Below the pieces are notes generated by a model. That model worked only from the letters and a program-made list of their open reading frames with translations. It was not told the origin of the DNA and ran no database searches. A stretch of DNA of 64,000 nt from NCBI GenBank assembly GCA_964016885.1, contig OZ024740.1, forward strand, positions 228,098,001 through 228,162,000, given 5' to 3'. The position numbers were made by a program, and so were the translations under genes. Source of the stretch: Eledone cirrhosa (lineage: Eukaryota). Of the stretch, positions 1 to 15,490 are shown piece by piece; within the stretch, counting starts at the first letter, position 1; the number at the start of each line of letters is the position of its first letter.

Positions 1-1284
1 TTTTCATTGTAGATACCATCTGCCGGTTACAACACCTGACAGAAGAAAGGAACTGATAGTCAGATCGGACCAAGGACACAGTGTTCCCATTGGTCTTTTC
101 ATTGTAGATACCATCTGCCGGTTACAACTCCTGGAAGAAGAAAGGAACTGATAGTCAGATCGGACCAAGGACACAGTGTTCCCATTGGTCTTTTCATTGT
201 AGATACCATCTGCCGGTTACAACTCCTGGAAGAAGAAAGGAACTGATAGTCAGATCGGACCAAGGACACAGTGTTTCCATTGGTCTTTTCATTGTAGATA
301 CCATCTGCCGGTTACAACTCCTGACAGAAGAAAGGAACTGATAGTCAGATCGGACCAAGGACACAGTGTTTCCATTGGTCTTTTCATTGTAGATACCATC
401 TGCCAGTTACAACACCTGGAAGAAGAAAGGAACTGATAGTCAGATCGGACCAAGGACACAATGTTCCCATTGGTCTTTTCATTGTAGATACCATCTGCCA
501 GTTACAACACCTGGAAGAAGAAAGGAACTGATAGTCAGATCGGACCAAGGACACAATGTTCCCATTGGTCTTTTCATTGTAGATACCATCTGCCGGTTAC
601 AACTCCTGGAAGAAGAAAGGAACTGATAGTCAGATCGGACCAAGGACACAGTGTTCCCATTGGTCTTTTCATTGTAGATACCATCTGCCGGTTACAACTC
701 CTGGAAGAAGAAAGGAACTGATAGTCAGATCGGACCAAGGACACAGTGTTCCCATTGGTCTTTTCATTGTAGATACCATCTACCGGTTACAACTCCTGGA
801 AGAAGAAAGGAACTGATAGTCAGATCGGACCAAGGACACAGTGTTCCCATTGGTCTTTTCATTGTAGATACCATCTACCGGTTACAACTCCTGGAAGAAG
901 AAAGGAACTGATAGTCAGATCGGACCAAGGACACAATGTTCCCATTGGTCTTTTCATTGTAGATACCATCTGCCGGTTACAACTCCTGGAAGAAGAAAGG
1001 AACTGATAGTCAGATCGGACCAAGGACACAATGTTCCCATTGGTCTTTTCATTGTAGATACCCTCTGCCGGTTACAACTCCTGGAAGAAGAAAGGAACTG
1101 ATAGTCAGATCGGACCAAGGACACAGTGTTCCCATTGGTCTTTTCATTGTAGATACCATCTGCCGGTTACAACTCCTGGAAGAAGAAAGGAACTGATAGT
1201 CAGATCGGACCAAGGACACAATGTTCCCATTGGTCTTTTCATTGTAGATACCATCTACCGGTTACAACTCCTGACAGAAGAAAG
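1..1284. repeat. 95-bp tandem repeat array (~13.5 copies, runs off the left edge)
   Basis: Unit ttttcattgtagataccatctgccggttacaac...cccattggtc recurs at 1, 96, 191... with few substitutions; ends at agaagaaag (~1284). Confidence 0.97.
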
Positions 1285-1489
1285 TAGCCGATCGTGGAGG
1301 TTGTGGTGGTAGTTTTCGCAGTGATTGTTGTGGTTGATTTTAGTCACAGGTACACGTCGATTGAGCAGGCCTATGATTAAAGACATCCCATCCATGACCA
1401 ACCCGTTATTTTCCTATGTATAGAGAACCCAGGATCATATGAGCCAACAGATCATTTTCTAGACTGCGAATTGATAGAACCGTTTGACC

Positions 1490-1622
1490 GTCAGATAGAA
1501 TGATTTGCGGTATTTGTTCCGGCTCTCCGCGCTCGCAGTTCAAATCCCGACGTGGTCAACATTATCTTTCATTCATTTTGAAGTCAATAAATATAATACC
1601 TATTCAATACTGAGGCCAATTC
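1490..1622 (+). mobile_element. Degenerate tRNA-derived SINE
   Basis: B-box-like gcagttcaaatcccg followed by tctttcattcattttgaagtcaataaat, similar to better SINE copies at 10771 and 12461. Confidence 0.6.
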
Positions 1623-1973
1623 GTCCTCTTCTCATCGATTTCTTCCCTCTATTTCTCGGTAAGAAATCAGTTTATATTTCCACCCGGTGAGGGTTGGGCT
1701 TCACCAAGTTTAAATGCCCAAAGCACACCGTATGCCACTATAGTGCCCCTACCACACCATCATGAGTTAAAGGACCATGAATCATTTTCTAAATTAGTGG
1801 AAGTGTGAATTAGAGGGATTCGGTTGTCATTTCTAGCAAGTCGAGCGATTTCGTTGTGTTGGTGTTAGTGGTAGCGGTGGAGATGTAATGACGCAAGACT
1901 TCAACAGAGCATCTTTGTAGCTTTTGCTGGATTTCAAAGAAGCCAGCAATACACAATATGGTGGTCTTACAAC

Positions 1974-1974
<1 letters not shown>

Positions 1975-2029
<55 letters not shown>

Positions 2030-2787
2030 CACACACACATATATATATACACACACACACATATATATATATACACACACACATACACACATATACACAC
2101 ACACGCACAGAGACATACATATACTCACACACACATGCACATATACACTCACACATACACACACACATATGCATACATACATATACACACATACACACAT
2201 ATATACACACACACACATACACATTCATACACAATCACACAGACATAGACACAAACGCACAAAAACACACATACGCAAATAACCACACACACGTATATAC
2301 ACATATTCAACCATACATACACATAGAAACCTTAACGCTCACACACATATACACATTCAGTCAAACATACATGAACAAACCCACTGAGACACAAACACAC
2401 CCATGTACATATACAAGTACACACACACACACACACACATACACACGCCAACACAAGCTTACACAACCCACTTCTCACGCACAATCACACTAACATGATA
2501 CACACTTATACACATAACCAAGCCCACGCATACATCACATGCAAGACCATGTACAAATCACGCATTTATACAAAAACATACACACACACACATAAAAACA
2601 GACACATTCAAACACATATCACATACGTACTGGCACACGACCTCACACAACACACATATACAGACTTCCTACCACTGCCACACACACACACACACAACAA
2701 AACATATACATACAACCACGCACACAGAACCACACAAACTTAAATACAGACACAGACATACACACACATACGCATTTTACAGCACAA

Positions 2788-2826
<39 letters not shown>

Positions 2827-4485
2827 CATTTAACTATTCACATACACAATCATACAAACATACACACAGAGAAATACATATATACACATACGCATGCAGA
2901 CATACACAAAACCTCATACACTTAGAAATACGTACACACACACACACACACACATGCACATACACGAAACCTCATGCACATAAGTACACACACAGACATA
3001 CACACACAGGCGCATACACGAAACTTCATACACATACGTACACACACAGACATACACACACAGGCGCATACACGAAACTTCATACACATATACATTGGTA
3101 TAAACACAGGTATACGTACACAGGCGCATACACCCAAACCCATGCACATACACAGCTATATGTACACAGGCGTATACATAAAACCTCATATACACAGACA
3201 TACGTACACATGTAGGCATACACACACAAGCACATACACCAAATCTCATACACATACACAGACATACATACAGAGGCACATACACCAGACCTCACACATA
3301 CACAGACATACATACAGAGGCACATACACCTAACCTCACAAACATACACATACATACACACACTAACCCTCACACATACACTTACATACACATAGACAGA
3401 CACACACACACTAAACCTCACACGTACACATACATACACATACAGGGACACATACACTAAACATCACACGTACACATACATACACATACACCAAACCTCA
3501 CACCTACACATACAGAGGCACACACACTAAACCTCACACATACACATACATACGCATACACATACATACATACACATACACACACACCAAACCTGACACC
3601 TACACATACATACGCATACACACACACACACACACCAAACCTGACACCTACACATACATACGCATACACATACACACACACACACACCAAACCTGACACC
3701 TACACATACATACACACACACACACACCAAACCTGACACCTACACATACATACGCAAACACACACACCCACACACTAAACCTCACACATACACATACATA
3801 TGCATACACATACATACACATACACACACACCAAACCTGACACCTACACATACATACGCATACACACACACACACACACCCACACACTAAACCTCACACA
3901 TACACATACATACGCATACACATACATACAAACACATACACACACACCAAACCTGACACGTACACATACATACGCATACACATACACACACACACACACC
4001 CACACACTAAACCTCACACATACACATACATACGGATACACATACACACACACACACACACATACATACACACACACCAAACCTGACACCTACACACACA
4101 CACACACCAAACCTGACACCTACACATACACACACACACATACACACACACACACACACCAAACCTGACACCTACACACACACACACACACACACACACC
4201 AAACCTGACACCTACACATACACACACACACATACACACACACACACACACACCAAACCTGACACCTACACACACACACACAGTTCCACAGACTGGAATT
4301 AATTCAATAAAAAAAAATCTTCGGAGTATTATATCATCGACATATGCTTCGATGCACTGTCTCCTTGCACACTTACACACATTTACACACATACTCATAC
4401 ACACAAACACATACACATGCACATACACACACCCATACACACATACACACGCATGCACACACATACACACAAGTGCATATACATG
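1975..4485. repeat. CA-rich compound micro/minisatellite
   Basis: (CA)n/(CATA)n tracts with a recurring ccaaacctgacacctacac / ctaaacctcacac motif from ~2900 to 4270. Confidence 0.95.
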
Positions 4486-4489
4486 CAAA

Positions 4490-5662
<1,173 letters not shown>

Positions 5663-5848
5663 GTGGAGCTTAGGTCACCGTGGTATAGTGCATATCACAA
5701 AATGGCAGCTAGCCAACCAGCCACCCACCCTTCTTTTAGAGGTTTCATCTCCTCACACCATTCCTCATCCCTTCCTCACCATTATTTATTTATTTATCTA
5801 CTATGTTTATATATAGCATTAGCTACTTGGTGGGGCACACATATACAC

Positions 5849-5887
<39 letters not shown>

Positions 5888-6614
5888 GAGAGAGAGGGGG
5901 AGAAGAAGAGATAGAGATATAGATAGAGGTAGATAGATAGATAAATAGAGAGAGAGAGAGAAGTGATCTAAATTCCTCTATACAGAATCTCATCGGAATT
6001 CCACGGAATTCCTCGAATTCCATTCCAGTACCTCTTGTTCTCTTGATAGTAGAAGCCCCTTAGCTACGAAGCATGTCGGAATGAATTCTTGACGATGCTT
6101 TAATACGAACACGCATACATACATACATATATACATACATATATACACACATACACACATACATACATACATACATACATACATACATACATAGATACAT
6201 ACATACAAGCATTCGTACATACATACAAAGTTACATATATACATTGATACGAACATACATTCATATATAAATCCATACGTATGCACATCCATATAACATG
6301 CACATACATAGATATATGCACATTTATTTATACACACACACATACACATACACACACACACATATATATATATATGTATGTAAAAGGTAAACGAAAATAT
6401 ATATATATATTTATATATACACACACACACACATATATATATACGCACATGTACAGATATTCCTGTGCATTAAATAATTTGTAAAGACTTTCATCTTAAA
6501 TGTGTGTTGAGTACACCGAACTAGACTGATAAGAGCATTTACACACTTTTCACTCCACACTCACTCTATGTATGTATGTATGTATGTATGTATGTATGTA
6601 TGTATGTATGTATG

Positions 6615-6645
<31 letters not shown>

Positions 6646-7191
6646 GTATGTATGTATATATGTATGCATGTCTGAACACACACACATATATATATATATA
6701 TGCATGTGTGTACATACATACATATATACATACATAGGTATACACAAACACACATATGTGTGTGTTTGGGTATGGGTATGTAATTTATATTACAAGGGGC
6801 TTTTCAATAGTGATGTGAGTTGTAATTAAGCGAAAGAAATTACTCTATAGTTAGGTTGAGTGGAATAGCGTATATTTAACGAATGGAATATATTGTCTTC
6901 ATGGTAGATTGTTGTGTGATAAACAGTCGTAACTCCAGAGTAACAAAGCTCTCTATTTAGCCTTAATAAAATGAATATTAAAACTTTACTTCGGTCTGAG
7001 TACCCTTTTCTCCCAACCGTGAACGACATACGGATATAACGTGAACCTAATACTAACATTTTGTACTGCACTCTTCGTTTATTGTCTTTGATTTCTGTTT
7101 TAACTTATATACATATATATATACACACACATATATATAGAGATTCAGGATCCGGACGGGTGAGCTCCAGTCGTTTCGACAGCTAGATCCC

Positions 7192-7231
<40 letters not shown>

Positions 7232-7411
7232 ATATAATAAGGTGCATTATTGATTGTGTAAAATGGTCCAATAAATTTATGTTAGCAATATTAAGTTCTC
7301 CACGATTTTGTATATCTCCAATTCCATTCAAGGGAACAGCTAGATGATGTAAAACGGAGTATAAGTATCAAAATGAAAATCCGAAGGCAAGGTAAAATTC
7401 CAATCATTTAA

Positions 7412-7485
7412 TCACGACACATGTTTCAATAAGAGATAGATCGACTGTGAAGCCATGATCGATTATCACTGATCTCATCAGGTGA
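7412..7485 (-). ncRNA. Type-I hammerhead ribozyme motif in PLE pseudo-LTR
   Basis: Minus strand reads tcac-CTGATGA-(long imperfect stem II)-GAAAC-atgt-GTC-gtga; stem I is tcac/gtga. Confidence 0.8.
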
Positions 7486-8149
7486 AAATGAATTGTCTTC
7501 AAATTCTTGATATGAGGGAGAAAAAATAACGATGTTCTCTCACAGAATTCCTTCCCTCATATGAAGACACACCAGTCAGAGAGACGGCGACGGCTATTAA
7601 CTTCAGTTGAAGTCATAAAAGTTTGTCAGAGCTCTATTGCTGCAAAAGACGCTGGACATCAATCAAATCTGTAGGGATATAGTCGGTCACAGTTAATGTG
7701 AGTGGATACACACACACTCCACACCCACATACACCGGCTCGAGGTCAAAGAAAAATATATACATATATATACACACATCAACACAGTATCAAACCTGTGG
7801 AATTATAGAAGGTCACAGTTAGTGTGGGTGGGTACACACACACTCTCACACACACTGAAGCGATGTCAGAGAAAAAAAAACAAATATAAGAAAACAAATA
7901 TAAGAATGTACCAACACAGCATTCACCGAAAGTTAGTTCACAAAACAACAGATGCTACATTGGTCAAATTATAGTAGACTTAGGACAGCCCAAGAGGGAA
8001 TTAGGCATGGCAGGAACAATGGCAGCTCTATGGAGGAACTGACTCATACACGTGAGGCGAGTCGAGTCTCCCCAACCCCAGAGAATTTACCCGTAGAGCA
8101 GACAGAAACCGAGACCCGACCCCAACGGTACCGTGGTCCATCTGGAACT

Positions 8150-8590
8150 ACCCAGGTCGATAGCAAAAAATGTAACTGCAGAAGCACCGCCACCTGCCCC
8201 ATGGCTGGGAAATGCCTTACCAAAAACATAGTCTACGACTGTAAGGTCGCCACTCCTGATAGAACCTTTAGGTATGTTGGGGCAACTGCCACGGAATTTA
8301 AGGATAGATGGTATAATCACCGCCATACCTTTAATAGATTAGATAAAAAAATAGCACGGCACTTTCTGAATTAGTCTGGAATATAGCACGGCACTTTCTG
8401 AATTAGTCATCAGAATATAGAGCACTCCTTATCCTGGTCCATAGTTTGCTCAGCCCAACCTTATAACGGCAGCACTGGCGTCTGCAATTTATGTATAGCT
8501 GAAACCTTTAATATTAGTAGAGGCGGCCCCCTATTAATTAATAGGAGAGCAGATTTTTTCAGCAACTGCCAACATAGAACCTCGAAAACC
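8150..8590 (+). pseudogene. PLE GIY-YIG endonuclease C-terminal remnant
   Basis: CNCRSTATCPMAGKCLTKNIVYDCKV...YVGATATEFKDRWYNH, then after a frameshift PYNGSTGVCNLCIAE...LLINRRADFFSNCQHR; these are Neptune-type PLE motifs. Confidence 0.85.
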
Positions 8591-9549
8591 TTCCGCAGGA
8601 TGTTTGGAAGGTAACCTACCACTAACTCCTCGCTCTCTACATTAGCCATAGAGTTCTCTCAATAAACACACAGTCACACACTCAGGTAGTTAGACGGCTA
8701 AGATTGTTTGCGCACTTACAAACGATACTCGGTCTGTTTCCATGGAGTTCTCACAGCTGAGTGCACTTTTTTAGAATACCTAGCTAGTAAATAGTTAGAT
8801 TGATTACACACTTAGAATACCTAGTTAGTTACTGATTGCAGACTCAGGCATGACCGATTACGCGCACCTACCTTTACTTTAAGATACCCTAACCATTCAG
8901 TTCTCTCAGTTGGGATATAGCTAGTCGTATTACACACTTAGTTAGGACCGATTACGCTCTCTATACATAACTCTACACACAGTACCCGTTTCCTTTAGAC
9001 ATTGAGCTCCCACAATTACGACTGTCACGTTCCTACCGACTGAACACTACACTAGGTTTTGATCCGTGATCATCTAACCATGGAGGACTCACTGTTACGG
9101 ATTGAACAATAATACTGACACACCATTAATGGGCCTACACACATCCTCTGTATTTTACTATCCTGTGTTTTTTCTGCTTCACCTTCTGTGTTGGAAAACA
9201 CACCTCCACCACTCAAACAACTATCTTAAAAGCGCATCGGTCCATATGACGGGAAATCGCACTTACTGACGCATTTACCCAATACCCAACCCTACACGGA
9301 GCCCCTTGATGGCCTACATTGCGGTTGCTTGCACGCACGGATTTGGTGACTCGGATTCTCAATGAGACAGCCGTACATACTGAGTTCGATATGAGCTGAT
9401 TGCTTGCTCTTCACATGGATGTGTATATACCAAGACATACCCTTTTTTGACGATTCGGATGTGTATATACCATAACATACACTTGAAGATATGGATGTTA
9501 CAATTCAATCTATACACGTATAGCAGAACACTGAACTGAACTTACTTGC

Positions 9550-9712
<163 letters not shown>

Positions 9713-10271
9713 TGAGGCGTTGGTTAACCCAATATTTCCAATTTACATCGTCAAATTGAGATTTGACCAATAGCATCTGTTGTTTTGTGAACTAACTTTC
9801 GGTGAATGCTGTGTTGGTACATTCTTATATTTGTTTTCTTATATTTGTTTTTTTTCTCTGACATCGCTTCAGTGTGTGTGAGAGTGTGTGTGTACCCACC
9901 CACACTAACTGTGACCTTCTATAATTCCACAGGTTTGATACTGTGTTGATGTGTGTATATATATGTATATATATTTTCTTTGACCTCGAGCCGGTGTATG
10001 TGGGTGTGGAGTGTGTGTGTACCCACTCACATTAACTGTGACCGACTATATCCCTACAGATTTGATTGATGTCCAGCGTCTTTTGCAGCAATAGAGCTCT
10101 GACAACTTTTATGACCTCAACTGAAGTTAATAGCCGTCGCCGTGTCTCTGACTGGTGTGTCTTCATATGAGGGAAGGAATTCTGTGAGAGAACATCGTTA
10201 TTTCTTCTCCCTCATATCAAGAATTTGAAGACAATTCATTTTCACCTGATGAGATCAGTGATAATCGATCA

Positions 10272-10355
<84 letters not shown>

Positions 10356-10399
10356 CTGATTTCTCGAACGTTTACGAAGCGCCGAGGGGATAAAGTTAA

Positions 10400-10585
10400 T
10401 ATAAAGAGTTATGTGCTTATGCACGGTGCTGCTACAAAATATCTTACAAAATAGGGTGAAAACCCATAAAGATGGAAAAAGACGCCATTAGTGTTCGTTT
10501 CCTTGTAGCGGTTGATGGTAACTTCTTTTTCCGTCTTTAAAGGTTTTCACTCTATTTTATAAGTATGAGCACACAACTCTTCATA
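10400..10585. repeat. Imperfect fold-back (inverted repeat)
   Basis: aagagttatgtgcttat...aaatagggtgaaaacccataaagatggaaaaaga pairs with tctttttccgtctttaaaggttttcactctatttt...atgagcacacaactctt. Confidence 0.7.
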
Positions 10586-10681
10586 TATATATAGATATGC
10601 CGAACCACTTTACTACTGGATGGATGTGCATGACCACCGACATATCACAATCATTGCATAACTGCACCAATGATTGCGTAA

Positions 10682-10732
10682 GCATCTGATGAAGTCACAT
10701 GAATAACAATGTAACAAAAATATATTTAATGC
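10682..10732 (+). ncRNA. Degenerate hammerhead motif
   Basis: gcat-CTGATGA-agtcacat...atgtaac-AAAA(A)tatat-TTA-atgc; the GAAA core is mutated. Confidence 0.5.
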
Positions 10733-10770
10733 AATAAACAATTATGGTGATTTAATCCCGTCTTAACTAG

Positions 10771-10957
10771 GGCGGTGGATTGGCAGTATCGGTAGAGGGT
10801 CGGACGCCATGTGTTGCAGCATGGAGTTACGGCTTTTTACGGTCTGAGTTCAAATCCCGCCGAGGTAAACTTTGTCTTTCATCCTTACGGGGTCGATTAA
10901 ATAAAGTACCAGTAATGCACTGGGATAATTGGTGGCTTTGTGGCAAAAGAAGAAACA
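10771..10957 (+). mobile_element. tRNA-derived SINE
   Basis: A-box-like tggcagtatcgg, B-box gagttcaaatccc, central ctttcatccttacggggtcgattaaataaagtaccagt (recalled as Meta/MESC-like domain). Confidence 0.85.
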
Positions 10958-11193
10958 TTTATTTTATATATATATATATATATATTAAAGTAACAGATTA
11001 AAGTTTAAGCAAAGAATCGCTGCTTTCACCCTTAACGGGATCCTCTACGGTTCTTATATATTTGATTTATATTTATCCTTATCGAGCCCTCTTTGGATTT
11101 TATATATATATATATAACGAAGGAGTTGTGGTAAGGAACCAGATGGACCATAACGCACCAGAGTACTCAATACTTAGGGTAGTAGAGTGGGTA

Positions 11194-11436
<243 letters not shown>

Positions 11437-11754
11437 GTATATATATATATGTAAAAGGCTAAAGTATAAGACCCCTGCTTAATGTTCCATGCAGTGCTAT
11501 TGAACTCATTCTTGACTACACAGTCATACATGATCTCATTTATCGTTATATTACTGTTGCTTTGCTTCATGTCAGCTGACTGTACAGACCTATAATCATA
11601 GGTTTTCTAGTCGTGGCTAACCCGTCTTTCAAACTATGCCCCTTTGGCTGCACACCGCGGACAAGATGACGAGAGCATTGTTGCGAAGAACAGCCAGCGT
11701 CATCCACAGTATTAATTCTATGATGTAAAATACAACGTGCCTTTTTATCAGAAA

Positions 11755-12090
11755 CCCACTTTCTGCAGCCGCAACCTGGTGCAGTCTGCGACTGACCCAG
11801 GTTCTGCTGCACGTCGGGCTGAGGGGGCCAAACTCCTCAAATACCGGTCGCTCTCTGACAGGTTTGCGGTCGTTCCCCTGGCAGTGGAGACTTCTGGTGT
11901 CCTCGGCCCCAGGGCTACCTCCTTACTCACCACCATAGGCGCTGAGCTGGCCAACCGCAGGTGTGAGCCCCGCGAGTTGGAGTGGCTTTTCCAGCGCGTC
12001 TCCCTTGCCGTCCTCCGGGGAAACGCCTTCTCCATTCTGTCCGCTGGGGCTGTGGGTGGGCCCCATCGCGTACCAATACATTAGTTAAAT
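11755..12090 (+). mobile_element. 3' fragment of CRE-like RLE-type non-LTR retrotransposon
   Basis: GSAARRAEGAKLLKYRSL...VVPLAVETSGVLGP...WLFQRVSLAVLRGNA is the typical CRE-clade C-terminus. Confidence 0.8.
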
Positions 12091-12460
12091 ACCATTCTTT
12101 CCTCTGATATATCTCTAAATTATCTACTCTATTATGTATTATACATAATAGACACTATTCACTATTTGCCTACAATCTGTATGTTTTCGAAAACATTTTA
12201 ACTATAATAGTAGATGAATCAATACCCCCTTACGGACAACTGACGTTGCACATCAGGTCTGAACGCAGAAGAGCTGAACTCCCACTGTCATTGCCTCCAT
12301 CTCTCTCGCCCTCCCCATCTCTCTCTATTATGAACAAATGGGGTCCCACGTGCTGGCCGCCCCACTGCCCCGGCGGACAGAGTGGAGAAGGCGTTTCCTC
12401 GGAGGATGGTAATTATGGCTACTCCTGATGTTTAGCTCCAGATAAGACCTAATCATTATG

Positions 12461-12616
12461 GCGGCCAATTGGCAGAGTTTTTGGAACGTCACATAGAATG
12501 CTTTGCGGTATTCGTTTCGGCTATCTACTCTTTGTGTTCAAATCCCGCCGAGGTCAACTTTGCTTTCATCCATTCAAGGTCGATAAAAAAGTACCAGTCT
12601 AGTACTGGGGTCGATT
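12461..12616 (+). mobile_element. tRNA-derived SINE
   Basis: tggcagagtt...gttcaaatcccgccgaggtcaactttgctttcatcc...gtaccagt...tactggggtcgat. Confidence 0.85.
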
Positions 12617-13148
12617 CTTCCTCTATATCTCTTTCTAATTTCCGTCCACTCACTCTCTATCCTTCTCTGGAAGAAATCTACTATATTCAGACCTGGAGAG
12701 GAGATGGGCTCTGCCAGGTTTAAAGATGCCCAAGAAACGTCATATGTCAATATGGCGCCTCAAGTGTAACGGGATCAGACACGCTTGCCTTTTCACTCAC
12801 TGTGAACGAAGGAGATAACCGAGTAGGTGAGAGAATTCTATATTAGTTTCCTAGGATTTTAATGTTTTACTAAGACAAATAACCCGAGATTCCGTACATG
12901 AACGGTTGACCTGTGTTAGAAATTACAGTCAATTCTCTTTCTTAAATACACACACACACAGACAGACACAGAGACACACAGACACAGAGACACACAGACA
13001 CACTAACACACAGAGACACAGGCACACACTCATATCGGAAAATATCCTCCTAGATACACTGTATCTGAACTAAAAGACGTGTTTGATCATAGGTCTGATG
13101 GGTCAAGACAGATCTAGGTCTAAACAACCTCCTTCCACACACACACAC

Positions 13149-13310
13149 ACACCACCACCACCATCACCATCACCACCACCACCGCCACGACGGCTACTAC
13201 TACTACGACGACGACAACGACGACGACCACCACCACGACCACCACGACGACCACCACGACGACCACCACGACCTCCTCCACCACCACCACCACCACCAAC
13301 ACCACCACCA
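13149..13310. repeat. (ACC)/(ACG)/(ACT) trinucleotide compound repeat
   Basis: Direct reading. Confidence 0.95.
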
Positions 13311-13768
13311 TTTATGGTGTGCTCAAGGTTTCTTCGCCCTGGTATCTTGGAAAGTATTGATGCGAACAAATCTAATTTGCTATTCAAATTGTCAAGGATT
13401 ATCTTAGAATATACTTGAACGAAGTGCCGCGTATTAGGAACGAATAGTGGCAGTAATTTCAATAAAATACGTCAAAGATACACGCGTCTGTGGAGTGCTC
13501 AGCCACTTGCACGTTAATTTCATGAACAGGCTGTTCCATTAGTAATACAACACAAAAGTGTGTTTATGTGTGTGTGTTTGTGTGTGTATGTGTATGTATG
13601 TGTGTGTGTGTATATATATATATATATGTGTGTGTCTGTTTATGAGTGAGTGTATGTATGTGTGTGTGTATATATATATATATGTATGTGTGTATGTGTG
13701 TGTGTGTGTGTTTATGAGTGAGTGTATGTATGTGTGTGTGTGTGTATATATATATATATGTATGTATG

Positions 13769-13833
<65 letters not shown>

Positions 13834-14493
13834 GTATGTGTATGTGTGTGTGTGTGTTTATGAGTGAGTGTATTGGACCTCCGTCGGTTTCGACAACGAA
13901 TGTTCCAGTTTATTCAATCAACGGAACAGCCCAGCATGTGCATGAAATTTGCATGCAAGTGGCTCAGCATTCCATTAAAAAGAGTACCTATAACGTAACT
14001 TTTAGAGAGATTCAGCGTTCACAATGTGTGACAAAACTTGCTTTTTGAATTATCAGTACAACTCATCTCCTACCCCCACCATACTCCCAGCTGAGTGGAC
14101 TGGGTCAATGTGAAATAAAGTGCTTTGTTCAACGCAGTCCGAGGAATCGAACGCACGATATTACGATCATTAGCCGAACACTCCAACCAATAAGACACAC
14201 GCCTTCATACACACACATATATACAGATTTATGCTGCATCTTCCATTTGTCTATGTGACTGTTATGCAGTTGCCAATGTCTTCCTGGGTGGAAATTGTCA
14301 CACGGCATTTTTTCTCTATTACTGAAACGCAATGAGTGGGTGGGCAGGCATGTATCATCGATTTAGCTTGGTTCTCTTATCGAATGAAAATCTCTGACAC
14401 ATGGAAAGGCAGGAAAACGATGACATCACATTCAAAATTAGGCGAAATGTATTTGCTTCTAGAAAACAATAGAATAATGTCTCTCGTTGTGGA

Positions 14494-14548
<55 letters not shown>

Positions 14549-14551
<3 letters not shown>

Positions 14552-15171
14552 AATGTTAAAGTTTATACGATTTTTATGTAAAACCCCCGCCGTCACGTCA
14601 TGTAAAACCCCCACCTATTTCTTGTGCGCCCTTGTGGCAAATAAAGATATCTATCTATCTATCTATCTATCTATCTAGGGTTGCACATTTTTCGGGTGTA
14701 TATGTTACCCATATGTAATGTCTCCCCCTACTGGGGAAAATCGACTAATTTTTAAATTGCATTTGTGATAATATTTTACACGTTTTTATTGTATGTAAAC
14801 TTCCCCCTTTGTATTTGTCTCCTTCTTTTGTGCCCCTGTGGTTAATAAAGAAACATATCTAATTTATGAAAGGTGGGTGAAAGTGGTGAGAATGGCCCGA
14901 GTGAATGGGCCTTTTCTCTATATCAGCCTGTAGGTTGAGGAAAAGGAGGAGGAGAGGAAAAGAGTACAAACTCTTCGTACTCCTGGAGATGAGGGTTGCA
15001 CATTTTTTCGGGGGTATGTGTTACCCATATAAACTGTCTCTCCCTATTGGGGAAAATCGACTAATTTTTAAATTGCATTTGTGATAATATTTTACACGTT
15101 TTTATTGTATGTAAACTTCCCCCTTTGTATTTGTCCCCTTCTTTTGTGCCGCTGTGGCTAATAAAGAAACA

Positions 15172-15172
<1 letters not shown>
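14549..15172 (+). mobile_element. Three stacked 3' fragments of Tx1-like LINEs separated by (TATC)n
   Basis: Pieces ~14549-14647, ~14677-14856 and ~14863-15172 match the 3' ends of longer Tx1 copies and each ends tgtgg(c/t)-(a/t)aataaaga-(TATC)n. Confidence 0.9.
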
Positions 15173-15264
<92 letters not shown>

Positions 15265-15490
15265 CTCTATCAGACGTGTGTAACTTCGCGGAGAAGTTTC
15301 CGTTAATTTATGTAAGAAAAAAACGTGAGTTTTTAGTTAAATTTTATATCATTGTGTAACTTGACCCCCCGTCTGGACCTTCAGGTGGTGGGTCAACTCA
15401 TTTTCGCCCCTACAGGGGCGGAATATCCATTTGAAAAATTTTTTCTCCATCGAATCTTTGAAAAAAATATTGTAAAATTTTGATTACGTT

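Noticed and set aside
1-1284. CRISPR-like array
   Set aside because: Units are wholly repeated with no unique spacers, there are no cas genes, and the context is eukaryotic.
5990-6100. Small minus-strand coding exon (HRQEFIPTCFVAKGLLLSREQE)
   Set aside because: Weak splice signals and no recognisable homology.
10771-10870. tRNA gene
   Set aside because: A/B boxes belong to a multi-copy SINE head; no cloverleaf.
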